DNA from: a virus
Taxonomy: Duplodnaviria; Caudoviricetes
DNA length: 63,032 nucleotides
IMG/VR virus record: IMGVR_UViG_3300037246_001990
Location: 1-63,032 of that record
Reading direction: 5' to 3' (one strand)
A program made the translations under genes and the position numbers. Under the pieces are notes generated by a model. It worked only from the letters and a program-made list of their open reading frames with translations, ran no database searches and had not been told where the DNA came from. This document shows positions 45,438 through 54,873 of this stretch, one piece after another; within the stretch, counting starts at the first letter, position 1, and each line of letters starts with the position of its first letter.

Positions 45438-48405
45438 AGATAGAAATATTTTCACTTTTAGACAACAAGACTATGACAAGATTTTACCAGTAGTCTCCGC
45501 AATAGTTAACCCAGTCAAAGAACTGGACTTTCAAATACTTGAGCTAGACATAAAGGAGTCACGATTCACATCTGGTGAATTATCAAAAACCATTAAACAA
45601 ACCCTCGTTATAAAACTACAAAAAGGAAACTCTATAATTGATTTGAGTATCTTTATACCTAAAATTATTGATGATAACTATATCATAATTAACGGTAGAA
45701 AAAAGATTCCTCTTTTTCAATTATTTGATATCCCAATTGTAACAAGGGGTCAAAGTATTAAACTAAGAACTAATGTAGCAACCTTGATGATCTTTAAGGA
45801 TAAAGAACCTCCTTATGTTAAGGTAAGTTTCTTAGGTAAAAAACTTCATTTAGCATTGATGATGTTTGGTTTTTATGGACCAGAGGAAATCATCAAAAGA
45901 TTTGATTTGAATAATCTTAAAGTTAATGAAGGAAGCGATGTTCTATATGAAAATCTGCTTCAAGATTTATTATTCTTTCATGAAGAATCAAAAGGATATA
46001 CACAAGATGAATTTATCCATGAAATTGGAAGAATATATTCAAGATATAATGCAAAATCAAAAGGCGAAGATGTTATGTATGCTCTTGATCTTATCCCCAA
46101 AGTCGATGTAATGACTTCCCAGTTTCTTCAAACCGGTTCTATTATTGAAGAACTGATCAAGGCAATACAAACTGAATACATCGATGATACTCTTTTCACA
46201 AATAAGAGAATACGATGTTTTGAATATATGATCTATTCAAAAGTTTCAAAAATTATCTTCGACTTATGTTACTCAAATAGAACTGCAAGAGCGCCAAAGT
46301 TCAATATCAATTCAACTCAAGTATTAACTGAGTGTAATGTATCTGATATTGTTCAGTTCGATTTTTCAATTAATCCAATTGAAGAACTTACAAAGCTATC
46401 AAGGATAAGTCTTCTAGGACCAGGCGGTTTTAAAAGAGAAAATATTCCAAAACACTTGAGAGATATATGTCCTTCAATGTTTGGAAGAATTTGTCCAGTC
46501 GATACTCCAGATAGAGATAACTGTGGTGTGCTTCAAAATATAACTCCAAATGTAAAGGTCGATGAAAAACTTAAATTTATTGCAGAGATTCCTGATAATC
46601 AACCAATATCAATACCAGTATCAATGGTTCCATTCTTAGAACATGATGATCAAACAAGATTACAAATGGCATCCTCACAGATGAGACAATCAATCATGTT
46701 AAAACAATTTGATGAACCAATGATTAAATCTGGGTGTGAAGGGTTGTACACAGAATTTACTCAATTCATAAAGAAAGCAAAAAGAAACGGAGAAGTTGTT
46801 CATATCGATCAAAAATATATCATAGTTATATATGATAATAGTGAAGTTGATATATTCGATATATCGTTTCGAAAAATCTATGTTGAACACATGGACTTTA
46901 TGAATATTTATGTTAAACCGGGCGATAAATTTAAATCTGGAGATATATTAGCAGAAAGTAATTACTGTAAGAATGGAGAAATAACATTTGGTAAAAATTT
47001 ATTGACTGGTGTTATGATCTATTATGGAAACAATTACGAGGATGGTATAGTTATATCAGATAGATTAGTAAAAGAAGATGTATTTACATCTGTTCATTAT
47101 AAGGAACTATCATTTACAATACCACCCCATAAAGTTCTGTTGACTCTAGATGAAAACAAATACAAACCTCTTCCAGATGAATTTGAAACTATTCAACCTG
47201 AAGATCCGTATGCTATCATGAAAAGTTTATCATCTGATGATCTATATTCGGTGTTTGGAGAAAATTTAGTTCTCGAAGCAGAAAAGAGATATTTAATTCC
47301 TGAAGTAAAAATATATGCAAATTCATGGAATGAAGATATTCCCGAGTATACAAGATGGGTTACTAAAACAATTCAAGAGCAAGAGGAAAAAGAAAATTAC
47401 TTACAAAGAATCTTAAAAGAAAAATTACCAAAGGAAGATGCTAAAAGATTCATACGAGAAAAAGGATTAGACATATTCTCTTTTACAGGAAAGTATAAAA
47501 ATAAAAGAGAAAAGATAAATGGTATTTATGTTGAAATGACTGGCATTCATTTTAGAAGAATTCAAGTTGGAGATAAAATTGCAAACCGTCATGGAAACAA
47601 AGGTATAATTTCAAGGATTATACCTCATGAAAAAATGCCACAAATTGAAGATGGAAGACATTTAGATATATGTATAAATCCACTGGGTATCATTTCAAGA
47701 ATGAATCTTGGTCAACTATATGAACTTCGATTGTCAATGATTTTGGAAGATTTGAAAAATATTTTATTCCTTATATTATCTGAAGGAAAAGATCAAAGAG
47801 ATATTAAAAGATTCTTGTTAGAATTCATTAAAATTATTGATAAGACAGAAGATAATTGGTATTACAATCAGTTCAAAGAACAGATTCCCAAAGTCATTGA
47901 TGAAGAATTTATAAACAACTTAACCATAATTCAACCGCCGTTTGAATCATGTAAAATAGAAGACATTCAAGAGGCGATTAAATATACAGCAACTAAATTT
48001 AAACAAGAAGTTTATGATCCATTATCTAAAACAAAATTTCTAAATAAAATTGCTGTAGGGTATATTTATTTCTTCCGTATGGTTCATATTGCAGCAGAAA
48101 AGTTAGCAGCAAGAGGTATTGGTAGCTATGCAAAACGAACACTTCAACCTCTTGGTGGAAGAAAAAATAAGGGCGGTCAAAGATGCGGAGAGATGGAAAC
48201 TGCATGTATTATTGCTCACGACGCTCCTTGTAATCTATTTGAATTTCTTACTACAAAGTCAGATTGTATTGACTTGAAAAATAAATATATACGAAATTTC
48301 ATAGATGCAGATTTAGTTGATGAATCGAAGGAGTTAGATACAAGGCCAGAATCAGTTAAGCTCTTAAATGCATACCTCACAGTGTTAGGAGTTGACCACA
48401 AATGA
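45400..48405 (+). CDS. rpoB: Multisubunit RNA polymerase beta-like subunit (set 2)
   Basis: LGPGG, GRICPVDTPD, PFLEHDD.TRLQMASSQMRQ, NYEDGIVIS, GDKIANRHGNKG, SRMNLGQ, GGQRCGEME. Confidence 0.96.
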   Translation: MNLINPMFKIKNEDRNIFTFRQQDYDKILPVVSAIVNPVKELDFQILELDIKESRFTSGELSKTIKQTLVIKLQKGNSIIDLSIFIPKIIDDNYIIINGRKKIPLFQLFDIPIVTRGQSIKLRTNVATLMIFKDKEPPYVKVSFLGKKLHLALMMFGFYGPEEIIKRFDLNNLKVNEGSDVLYENLLQDLLFFHEESKGYTQDEFIHEIGRIYSRYNAKSKGEDVMYALDLIPKVDVMTSQFLQTGSIIEELIKAIQTEYIDDTLFTNKRIRCFEYMIYSKVSKIIFDLCYSNRTARAPKFNINSTQVLTECNVSDIVQFDFSINPIEELTKLSRISLLGPGGFKRENIPKHLRDICPSMFGRICPVDTPDRDNCGVLQNITPNVKVDEKLKFIAEIPDNQPISIPVSMVPFLEHDDQTRLQMASSQMRQSIMLKQFDEPMIKSGCEGLYTEFTQFIKKAKRNGEVVHIDQKYIIVIYDNSEVDIFDISFRKIYVEHMDFMNIYVKPGDKFKSGDILAESNYCKNGEITFGKNLLTGVMIYYGNNYEDGIVISDRLVKEDVFTSVHYKELSFTIPPHKVLLTLDENKYKPLPDEFETIQPEDPYAIMKSLSSDDLYSVFGENLVLEAEKRYLIPEVKIYANSWNEDIPEYTRWVTKTIQEQEEKENYLQRILKEKLPKEDAKRFIREKGLDIFSFTGKYKNKREKINGIYVEMTGIHFRRIQVGDKIANRHGNKGIISRIIPHEKMPQIEDGRHLDICINPLGIISRMNLGQLYELRLSMILEDLKNILFLILSEGKDQRDIKRFLLEFIKIIDKTEDNWYYNQFKEQIPKVIDEEFINNLTIIQPPFESCKIEDIQEAIKYTATKFKQEVYDPLSKTKFLNKIAVGYIYFFRMVHIAAEKLAARGIGSYAKRTLQPLGGRKNKGGQRCGEMETACIIAHDAPCNLFEFLTTKSDCIDLKNKYIRNFIDADLVDESKELDTRPESVKLLNAYLTVLGVDHK

Positions 48406-48680
48406 GCAATTATAATATTCGAAGTTTGTGGGATGATGAATGGATAAAACAAGCTATGGGAAAAATTGCTCAGGAGGAAAGACCAATGGAAATAGTAAAG
48501 GAATCATTTATGGGAACTTCATCTTCAACAACACATGATTATCGTATTGATTATTTATGGGGGAAGGAACCAAAAAAATATCCTAAATTAAAAGTAGAAA
48601 AAGTTATACAAGATCCTGAGCCATCCAAACAAGAACCCCAATTCTTTGATCCAAAGGACCTTGATATAGATGAGTCTTGA
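48402..48680 (+). CDS. Hypothetical protein
   Basis: Coupled ORF. Confidence 0.55.
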   Translation: MSNYNIRSLWDDEWIKQAMGKIAQEERPMEIVKESFMGTSSSTTHDYRIDYLWGKEPKKYPKLKVEKVIQDPEPSKQEPQFFDPKDLDIDES

Positions 48681-48927
48681 TCAAACGTACTGTCCTAAGT
48701 GTGGATCAGAAATAAAATTTTCATATGTAATTCGAGAACAATCATTTGTAATTGTAGATGGAGCAATCGCACGAGATGATGCTTGGAAGGGTCCTGATAA
48801 TGACAATCCTTATTTTGATTTCTATTGTTCAAATGATAAAACGCATGATCTTGGAGATAGTGAAATACTCGATAAATGGTGTGAGGATATAGAAGATGAC
48901 TTCAAAGAAAAAGACTTATCTGCCTGA
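48670..48927 (+). CDS. Small zinc-ribbon protein
   Basis: CPKC...CSNDKTH. Confidence 0.6.
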   Translation: MSLDQTYCPKCGSEIKFSYVIREQSFVIVDGAIARDDAWKGPDNDNPYFDFYCSNDKTHDLGDSEILDKWCEDIEDDFKEKDLSA

Positions 48928-49783
48928 TATACAATGTAGCGAACCAGGAATTCAAACAGCAATCAAAAGAGTAGGTGTCGAAAACGTAGAGGTTCCTTTT
49001 AAGTTAGAATCTAGAGATGGAAGTTTCCATGAAATGGTTGCTAATGTTGCCATGGGAACCAATCTAGATGAAAACAATAAAGGGATCTCTATGTCCCGAC
49101 TTATACGAACATTAAAACCATATTTAGATCTACCCTTAAAAAGTAAATTAATTGAAGAAATAATCAAAAGAATGCTCGAAACCGTTGGCGGTACAGAAGC
49201 ATTTATGAAATTTGAATTTAGGTTACCAAGGGTAAGAGAATCATTAGTATCAAAAAATAGTTTTCCCATATTTTATAAATGTAAATTTCAGGGAGAAATA
49301 AATTACCGAGAAAACTTTGATGAACTTTCAGATGGTACGAAATATTACTATTTTAGATTCTTTCAAGGAGTAACAATCCAATATGCTTCATATTGTCCCT
49401 GTTCAGCAGAGTTATGTAATGCTTTAGAGCAACCTGGATTCCCTCATAATCAAAGATCATTTGCACATATATTAGTAGAGACCGATGGAACTCAATATGT
49501 GTGGCTAGAAGATTTGATTCAAGCTGTTGAGATTGTAATCCCAACACTTCCATACCCTATTATTAAAAGGGAGGATGAACAAGAGATTGGTCGAATAGCA
49601 GCACAGAATCCAATGTTTGTTGAAGATGCAATTCGAGCAATATCTCAATCGATTGATACAATAGATGGCATAAAAGATTGGATAATAAAATGTACTCATG
49701 AAGAATCAATCCATACTTCTGAAGCAATTGCAATCAATTGGAAAGGAATTCCTTATGGTTTCGATGGTAGACGTTTTATCTAA
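48896..49783 (+). CDS. folE2: GTP cyclohydrolase IB
   Basis: LPDIQ, KGISMSR, CPCS, HNQRS, KREDEQ, NPMFVEDAIR, EESIH. Confidence 0.92.
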   Translation: MTSKKKTYLPDIQCSEPGIQTAIKRVGVENVEVPFKLESRDGSFHEMVANVAMGTNLDENNKGISMSRLIRTLKPYLDLPLKSKLIEEIIKRMLETVGGTEAFMKFEFRLPRVRESLVSKNSFPIFYKCKFQGEINYRENFDELSDGTKYYYFRFFQGVTIQYASYCPCSAELCNALEQPGFPHNQRSFAHILVETDGTQYVWLEDLIQAVEIVIPTLPYPIIKREDEQEIGRIAAQNPMFVEDAIRAISQSIDTIDGIKDWIIKCTHEESIHTSEAIAINWKGIPYGFDGRRFI

Positions 49784-50456
49784 GCAACCTTGGGGACAAA
49801 CTTATTCTCAGTGGCATACTGGATTTACATATGGATGGAAAAAACAAACTCGTACCAGGAATTATGATTTCAGAGCAGAATTTACTTTAATTCCCGATAA
49901 AAAAGGTAATTGCTGGTTAAGAGGCGATATGATTATATTCGGATCAGGTTTTTTTGATTGGCAATTTCAGCGTAAATGGCCATGGAAAAAATGGTTTATG
50001 CAAAAACCAGAATATTTGAAATCTCTTGAAGCTTCTGAACATTGTTACCATAATAAAATCATTCCTCGTTATGCTCGTTTAGAATATGGTCTAGTTCTTT
50101 CAAGATATAAGTGGAGTAAATATAAACCATCAAACTTGTACCGTGATTATGGAAGTATAATTATAATGTTAACCGGTTCAAAAGCTGGTCACATAAGAAG
50201 ATACTATTTAAAAACTCCTTATGAATTAGTATCAAGATATCCATATGATCACATAACTCCACTTTATAAAACGAGAGAAGGACTTACAGAAATCCCCGAA
50301 CTTAGAAGAATACAAGAAGCAATGAACTATGCAAAAAGTAAAGAGCAATACATAATAAATATGGTTGCATCTTTTCACGATGAAAATTATCCAATGAATA
50401 TGGAGAATGCCCATGACATTAGAACACATTTTCGCATTATACGAAAAAGAACGTGA
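49698..50456 (+). CDS. Hypothetical aromatic-rich protein
   Basis: Long ORF; real start probably near 49755. Confidence 0.55.
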   Translation: MKNQSILLKQLQSIGKEFLMVSMVDVLSKQPWGQTYSQWHTGFTYGWKKQTRTRNYDFRAEFTLIPDKKGNCWLRGDMIIFGSGFFDWQFQRKWPWKKWFMQKPEYLKSLEASEHCYHNKIIPRYARLEYGLVLSRYKWSKYKPSNLYRDYGSIIIMLTGSKAGHIRRYYLKTPYELVSRYPYDHITPLYKTREGLTEIPELRRIQEAMNYAKSKEQYIINMVASFHDENYPMNMENAHDIRTHFRIIRKRT

Positions 50457-50763
50457 GTACGAAACATGTGTATTTGGAGATTATAGTAAAGTTAAATCTT
50501 TAAATGTCGCAAGTTTTATTATATTTTTAGATATTTATTTGAAAAAGGTTAAAGCTGCTTATGCAAGCAAATGGGAAACTGAGTTACCTCCATGGCTCTT
50601 AACATGTAGAGAATTTGAGCAAGATGGAACAGCGCCAGTTAAGGCGTATGAAGAAATAATCAAAATCATGGCTCTTGCTGGAGCTACATTAGAAGCGTTC
50701 ACTCAAATTGATAACACAAAGTGGCGTGACGATCTTGAAGAAGACATAAAAAAATGGAAATAG
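50407..50763 (+). CDS. Hypothetical protein, possibly MazG-like helical fold
   Basis: EKEREYE...EEIIKIMALAG pattern; weak. Confidence 0.45.
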   Translation: MPMTLEHIFALYEKEREYETCVFGDYSKVKSLNVASFIIFLDIYLKKVKAAYASKWETELPPWLLTCREFEQDGTAPVKAYEEIIKIMALAGATLEAFTQIDNTKWRDDLEEDIKKWK

Positions 50764-50778
50764 AAGGAGTAACTCAAC

Positions 50779-51540
50779 ATGAATGAAAACTTATCTGACA
50801 TGGTCAAAACTGAAAGTAATGAACCTATCGTATTTTCTGAATCCGATTTAGATCTCCCTGAAGGCATAACTTCTGAAGTTGAAGATACTAGAGAGGCTGA
50901 AGAAGAGCCCGAAACAACTGTTGAAGCTATTGAGATTTCAACTCTAGGTACATGGTTTGAGGCCAATTCTGCAAACTTCGATAACATCAATCAAGTTAAA
51001 GTTTCAATCAGAGGCATAGACCCAGTTTCAAATCTCATAATGGCAATCAAAGATGGAACCGAAGAACAAGACGGTTCTGGTGAGGATAGACGAAACTTGA
51101 GAGTATTTGATAACGCAGATACGCAACCTGTGCTTCAACTCAACGGTGTCGATATGCAGATATACAACAATGGATTTAGAATAATCTGTGAGTATGTTGA
51201 TAATATCTTTATCAAATGCTATAGTATTCGAACCGGTCTGATTGTTGTCTTCTGTAATAACATCGATGGAGTTCTGGTTCCTTATAATATAAGTAAGGTT
51301 AAAAGATCAGACGATACAGTTGAAGTTATTAGAAAAAATGCCGCAGAAGTTGAAGTCAGCTTAGCAGCAGCACTAAATAAAGAAGAATTTCAATTAAGAT
51401 ATAAGCAATCATCGAAATCTGTTGATGATATGACAACAAATCTAGATTCAGTTAAATGGTTACTGTCAAGACAAGATGCAATCTTTGATATTAATCATCA
51501 CCTACAGATCGATAATGTAATTATTGAAACCCTAGAATAA
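50779..51540 (+). CDS. Hypothetical acidic protein
   Basis: ORF with AAGGAG RBS. Confidence 0.7.
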   Translation: MNENLSDMVKTESNEPIVFSESDLDLPEGITSEVEDTREAEEEPETTVEAIEISTLGTWFEANSANFDNINQVKVSIRGIDPVSNLIMAIKDGTEEQDGSGEDRRNLRVFDNADTQPVLQLNGVDMQIYNNGFRIICEYVDNIFIKCYSIRTGLIVVFCNNIDGVLVPYNISKVKRSDDTVEVIRKNAAEVEVSLAAALNKEEFQLRYKQSSKSVDDMTTNLDSVKWLLSRQDAIFDINHHLQIDNVIIETLE

Positions 51541-51546
51541 GGAGTT

Positions 51547-51643
51547 TGGGCGGGGATGAGATAAATCATCTCTGGTGGAGCCAGCAAAATCCCAATGCTT
51601 TGCCCCTGCTGGTGTTAAATATAAAATCCCCGCCCATCTTTTT
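51547..51643 (+). ncRNA. Intergenic structured RNA closed by an 11-bp stem and T-run
   Basis: TGGGCGGGGAT/ATCCCCGCCCA, inner CCAGCA/TGCTGG; ends CCCCGCCCATCTTTTT, similar to the 1889 element. Confidence 0.5.
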
Positions 51644-51646
51644 AAA

Positions 51647-52378
51647 ATGCAACTAAATGAAAAACTAAATCTGGTATTAAGAGATGTATATTTATATGAT
51701 ATAGAGGCATGTCATTATACGATTTTAAACAACCTAGGATATGATATGTCCAAAATAAATTACGAAGATAAGTTTGAAAGAAACAAACAGATTGGCAAGA
51801 TGATGAGAAAAAATCCTAGGTTAACATCTCTATTAAGAAATAAAACCAAATCAATAATTGATGAATATATTTTAAAGAATAACGTCACAGAAGATAATAT
51901 AGTCATACGGCAATACGATGGACTTATATTAACAAGAGGACTCCGAGAAAGAAATGTAAATGAAATTCCTCTAGACATCAGAAGACACTTTGAAATATTT
52001 ATTATGTCAATTGATAGATCAAAATATATCGCTCGGGATAGTAAAGGTGAAACAAGCATAAAAGGAATTTCATTTAGATACCCTCAAATTGATATGATAT
52101 ATGAAAGAATATGCAGAATAAATTTTAGTAATAAGTCTGCAATATTTAAAATGCTCCATAAAATTAAATCTGAATTTTTATATTCAAATGACCCCAAGTT
52201 ATTCGGTGTTCCATTAAAAAATGGAAAGTTCAATATAAATTTAAAAGCATATGGCGAAATGGAGATTTCTAAACAAACTCTAAAGATAATGGATACGGAT
52301 GATATTGATAAACAAAAATACTTCGATTTCTATATAACTCCTTTTACTAAAAGTATAGTACTTGAGTTTGTACGATGA
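51647..52378 (+). CDS. Small DNA polymerase palm-like protein (possible split polymerase subunit)
   Basis: YLYDIEACHY (motif A-like), IRQYDGLI (motif C-like), IKGI, DIDKQKYF; start reassigned to ATG 51647. Confidence 0.5.
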   Translation: MQLNEKLNLVLRDVYLYDIEACHYTILNNLGYDMSKINYEDKFERNKQIGKMMRKNPRLTSLLRNKTKSIIDEYILKNNVTEDNIVIRQYDGLILTRGLRERNVNEIPLDIRRHFEIFIMSIDRSKYIARDSKGETSIKGISFRYPQIDMIYERICRINFSNKSAIFKMLHKIKSEFLYSNDPKLFGVPLKNGKFNINLKAYGEMEISKQTLKIMDTDDIDKQKYFDFYITPFTKSIVLEFVR

Positions 52379-52707
52379 GAAAGGACCAAAAAATGGAAAA
52401 ACAAATTTGCAAAAAATGCAATCAACCAAAAGAGATGTATTATAAACTTTTTTGTCCTCGTTGTGATAAACCACAATTAGAGACAAAAAGTTTTTATAAT
52501 TTACTTAGATGTATGTATTATATTGAAGCAAATGGAAACCCAGGATATAAAGACAGATTGTGGGATCAAATATCAGACGACATTCAAGGTAATGACTCAT
52601 ATTATGAAATGTTTAAAGACTGGCATCCACCCAATAAAGATGTTGAACTTCTGTTTGATATATTTGATATTAAAAAAGAAACAATGTTATTTTATGTGAG
52701 TTGGTGA
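52375..52707 (+). CDS. Zinc-ribbon hypothetical protein
   Basis: CKKC...CPRC. Confidence 0.6.
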   Translation: MRKDQKMEKQICKKCNQPKEMYYKLFCPRCDKPQLETKSFYNLLRCMYYIEANGNPGYKDRLWDQISDDIQGNDSYYEMFKDWHPPNKDVELLFDIFDIKKETMLFYVSW

Positions 52708-52946
52708 TGCAATGTCCATGTAAAAAATGTTTAACATTAGCAATATGCAAAAGTTTAGATTTACATCATCTAATAAAAAAATGTTCTAGTATAGAAAGAT
52801 ATTTAAAAGTTAAAAAAGTAATTGAGAAATCTGTTAACCCAACCACACATATATATAGACTGCATTCAAATTTAAAACCTTTTATCCATAGAATAAGATT
52901 AAACAGACTAAAACATTTTGTGCATCATACTTATAAAATGAATTAA
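52701..52946 (+). CDS. Small Cys-cluster protein (PCxxCLxxxxC family)
   Basis: CPCKKCLTLAIC. Confidence 0.55.
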   Translation: MVMQCPCKKCLTLAICKSLDLHHLIKKCSSIERYLKVKKVIEKSVNPTTHIYRLHSNLKPFIHRIRLNRLKHFVHHTYKMN

Positions 52947-52957
52947 TCGGAGGTGAA

Positions 52958-53545
52958 ATGGGAAACACAATTTTGAACATAGCAGGAGGCAAGATTCCTC
53001 CACTAAACCTTGAAACCTACGAACCATATTTCTTGGTTAATATTGATACAATGTATTATGCGAACAAAAATGCAGAGTTCGTTGAAAGCGAATATAAACA
53101 CTGGAGACGTTTAGGTTCCCAAACTCATAATATAAAAGAAGATATAGTTGAATTTATGGAACGAACTGTATTATCATTCGATAGAATATGTATATATAGA
53201 TACCTTGAGCATGTTGCTATGGTTGATGTTCCTTATTTTATATACCTTCTTTCTACTGTTGCTAGACCAGGATCTATAATTGAAGTAATAGTTCCTAACT
53301 ATGAAATATTAGCAAGAATGATTTTAGATGAATTTCCGTTGGATGGAAATTTTGATTGGAAAAACATTCTCTTAACAACTGAATTATTAAATGAACCATC
53401 TTGTCCGCACGCTTCAATATGGACAAAAGCAAGAGCTGAATATTTGTTTACTCTTGAAAAAAGATTTGAAGTTATAGAAATTGATGAGAATTTTAAATTT
53501 GATGGTCGAGATATATATCTAAAGTTTCTTGCGAAAAGAATATGA
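52958..53545 (+). CDS. Class I SAM-dependent methyltransferase-like protein
   Basis: ILNIAGG, VNID, YLEHV, RPGSIIEVIVPN. Confidence 0.6.
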   Translation: MGNTILNIAGGKIPPLNLETYEPYFLVNIDTMYYANKNAEFVESEYKHWRRLGSQTHNIKEDIVEFMERTVLSFDRICIYRYLEHVAMVDVPYFIYLLSTVARPGSIIEVIVPNYEILARMILDEFPLDGNFDWKNILLTTELLNEPSCPHASIWTKARAEYLFTLEKRFEVIEIDENFKFDGRDIYLKFLAKRI

Positions 53546-53889
53546 TTAACAAAATAAATGCCAAAATATCTTTAGATGGAGGCGGGGGGGTGAGTTCAAA
53601 GCCAACTTTACAAAAACCAGGAATGATCGACACAATAGCACGAGCAAATATAGTCATAGGTAGCTATAATGATGGAGTCGTTAGAATATTAAAAGACAGA
53701 TATAAAGAAAGCACAAGTCCACTATCAGGAAAAGCATCTATAGATGAAGTAATAGATAGAGCATCTTTTATAATTTCTCACGCTGTATTTGGTAAAAATG
53801 ATTTAACTATATTTAAAGAGGGATTAAGTGGAGAAATTAAAAAGGCAATAGAACTTACTATCGAAAAATACCACAAAAAAAGGGGGTGA
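53542..53889 (+). CDS. Hypothetical protein
   Basis: Coupled ORF. Confidence 0.55.
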   Translation: MINKINAKISLDGGGGVSSKPTLQKPGMIDTIARANIVIGSYNDGVVRILKDRYKESTSPLSGKASIDEVIDRASFIISHAVFGKNDLTIFKEGLSGEIKKAIELTIEKYHKKRG

Positions 53890-53893
53890 TAAA

Positions 53894-54790
53894 GTGGAAA
53901 TTTTTGCAACTAGAGCACAAGATATGGGTCTAAATATAGACAAAGCATATAAAGGGATGTATTCATATAGAGACAGATTTAGTGAAGTTGTTTATCGACA
54001 ACTAATCACTGATACCTCACCAGGAAATCCTGTTGAAAAAGAAGATCCCACTGATAATTTAATACTTCCATATCTTGCAGTCTACGTCAAAGGGCTAGAA
54101 GAAGAAGAAACTTATGAATATACTGGACACGTTTCTAATCTTTATAAATTTGTCGGCAATCAAAACATAACTGAACCGATACTGCACTCCATTACCAGCA
54201 CTGGTAATCCCGTAATGAAGGAAACAGTTTTATTCTCACAGAACAAAGCACAATTTAGAGATGAAATGATTATTAGTAGTGGCGTCAAATCAGCTATTGT
54301 CGGCGACATAATGCCCGTTATGATTATCAGTAACAGCTACAATGGAACCAAAGCAGCAACAGTATCATTCGGACTTGCGACCCTTCAAAATGTATCTTAT
54401 GTTACATTTGCTTTTAATCTTGGACAAATTCGTATGGTTCACATTGAAAGCGCTGAAACGAGCATGACCTCAGCTGTATCTGAATATGTTGAAACATTTA
54501 GACAGAACATAACTTCTTTGATCTCTGAAAGTATGAGTGAACGACTGACTGAAGAACAAATGTTTGCTACTCTAGATCTTATTGAAGGTCTTGGTAAAAG
54601 ACGCCGAGAAATAATCTCAGGAGATTTACCACAATCAGTAACAGCATGGGGAATGTTTATGGCAATTGTCCGTTACAGTAGCCTTGAAGAAAACCTCAAT
54701 GTAAAGTCAATGTTAGAAAACATTGCTCAAAGCGTCCTGGTTATCCCTGCCAGGATGTACGATGTCTTAGAGAGACTTCAGTCTCAGTGA
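53894..54790 (+). CDS. DUF932-like protein
   Basis: YKFVGN, IISNSYNGTKAATVSFG, VTAWGMFMAI patterns. Confidence 0.5.
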   Translation: MEIFATRAQDMGLNIDKAYKGMYSYRDRFSEVVYRQLITDTSPGNPVEKEDPTDNLILPYLAVYVKGLEEEETYEYTGHVSNLYKFVGNQNITEPILHSITSTGNPVMKETVLFSQNKAQFRDEMIISSGVKSAIVGDIMPVMIISNSYNGTKAATVSFGLATLQNVSYVTFAFNLGQIRMVHIESAETSMTSAVSEYVETFRQNITSLISESMSERLTEEQMFATLDLIEGLGKRRREIISGDLPQSVTAWGMFMAIVRYSSLEENLNVKSMLENIAQSVLVIPARMYDVLERLQSQ

Positions 54791-54809
54791 GAACATCATC
54801 TGCGATAAA

Positions 54810-54840
54810 GGGGGTTACCATCCGTAACCCTCTTTTTTTT
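54810..54840 (+). terminator. Rho-independent terminator
   Basis: GGGGGTTAC-CATCC-GTAACCCTC followed by T8. Confidence 0.85.
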
Positions 54841-54873
54841 GGAACAAAATATAAAAAAGGGGAATAGTATTGA

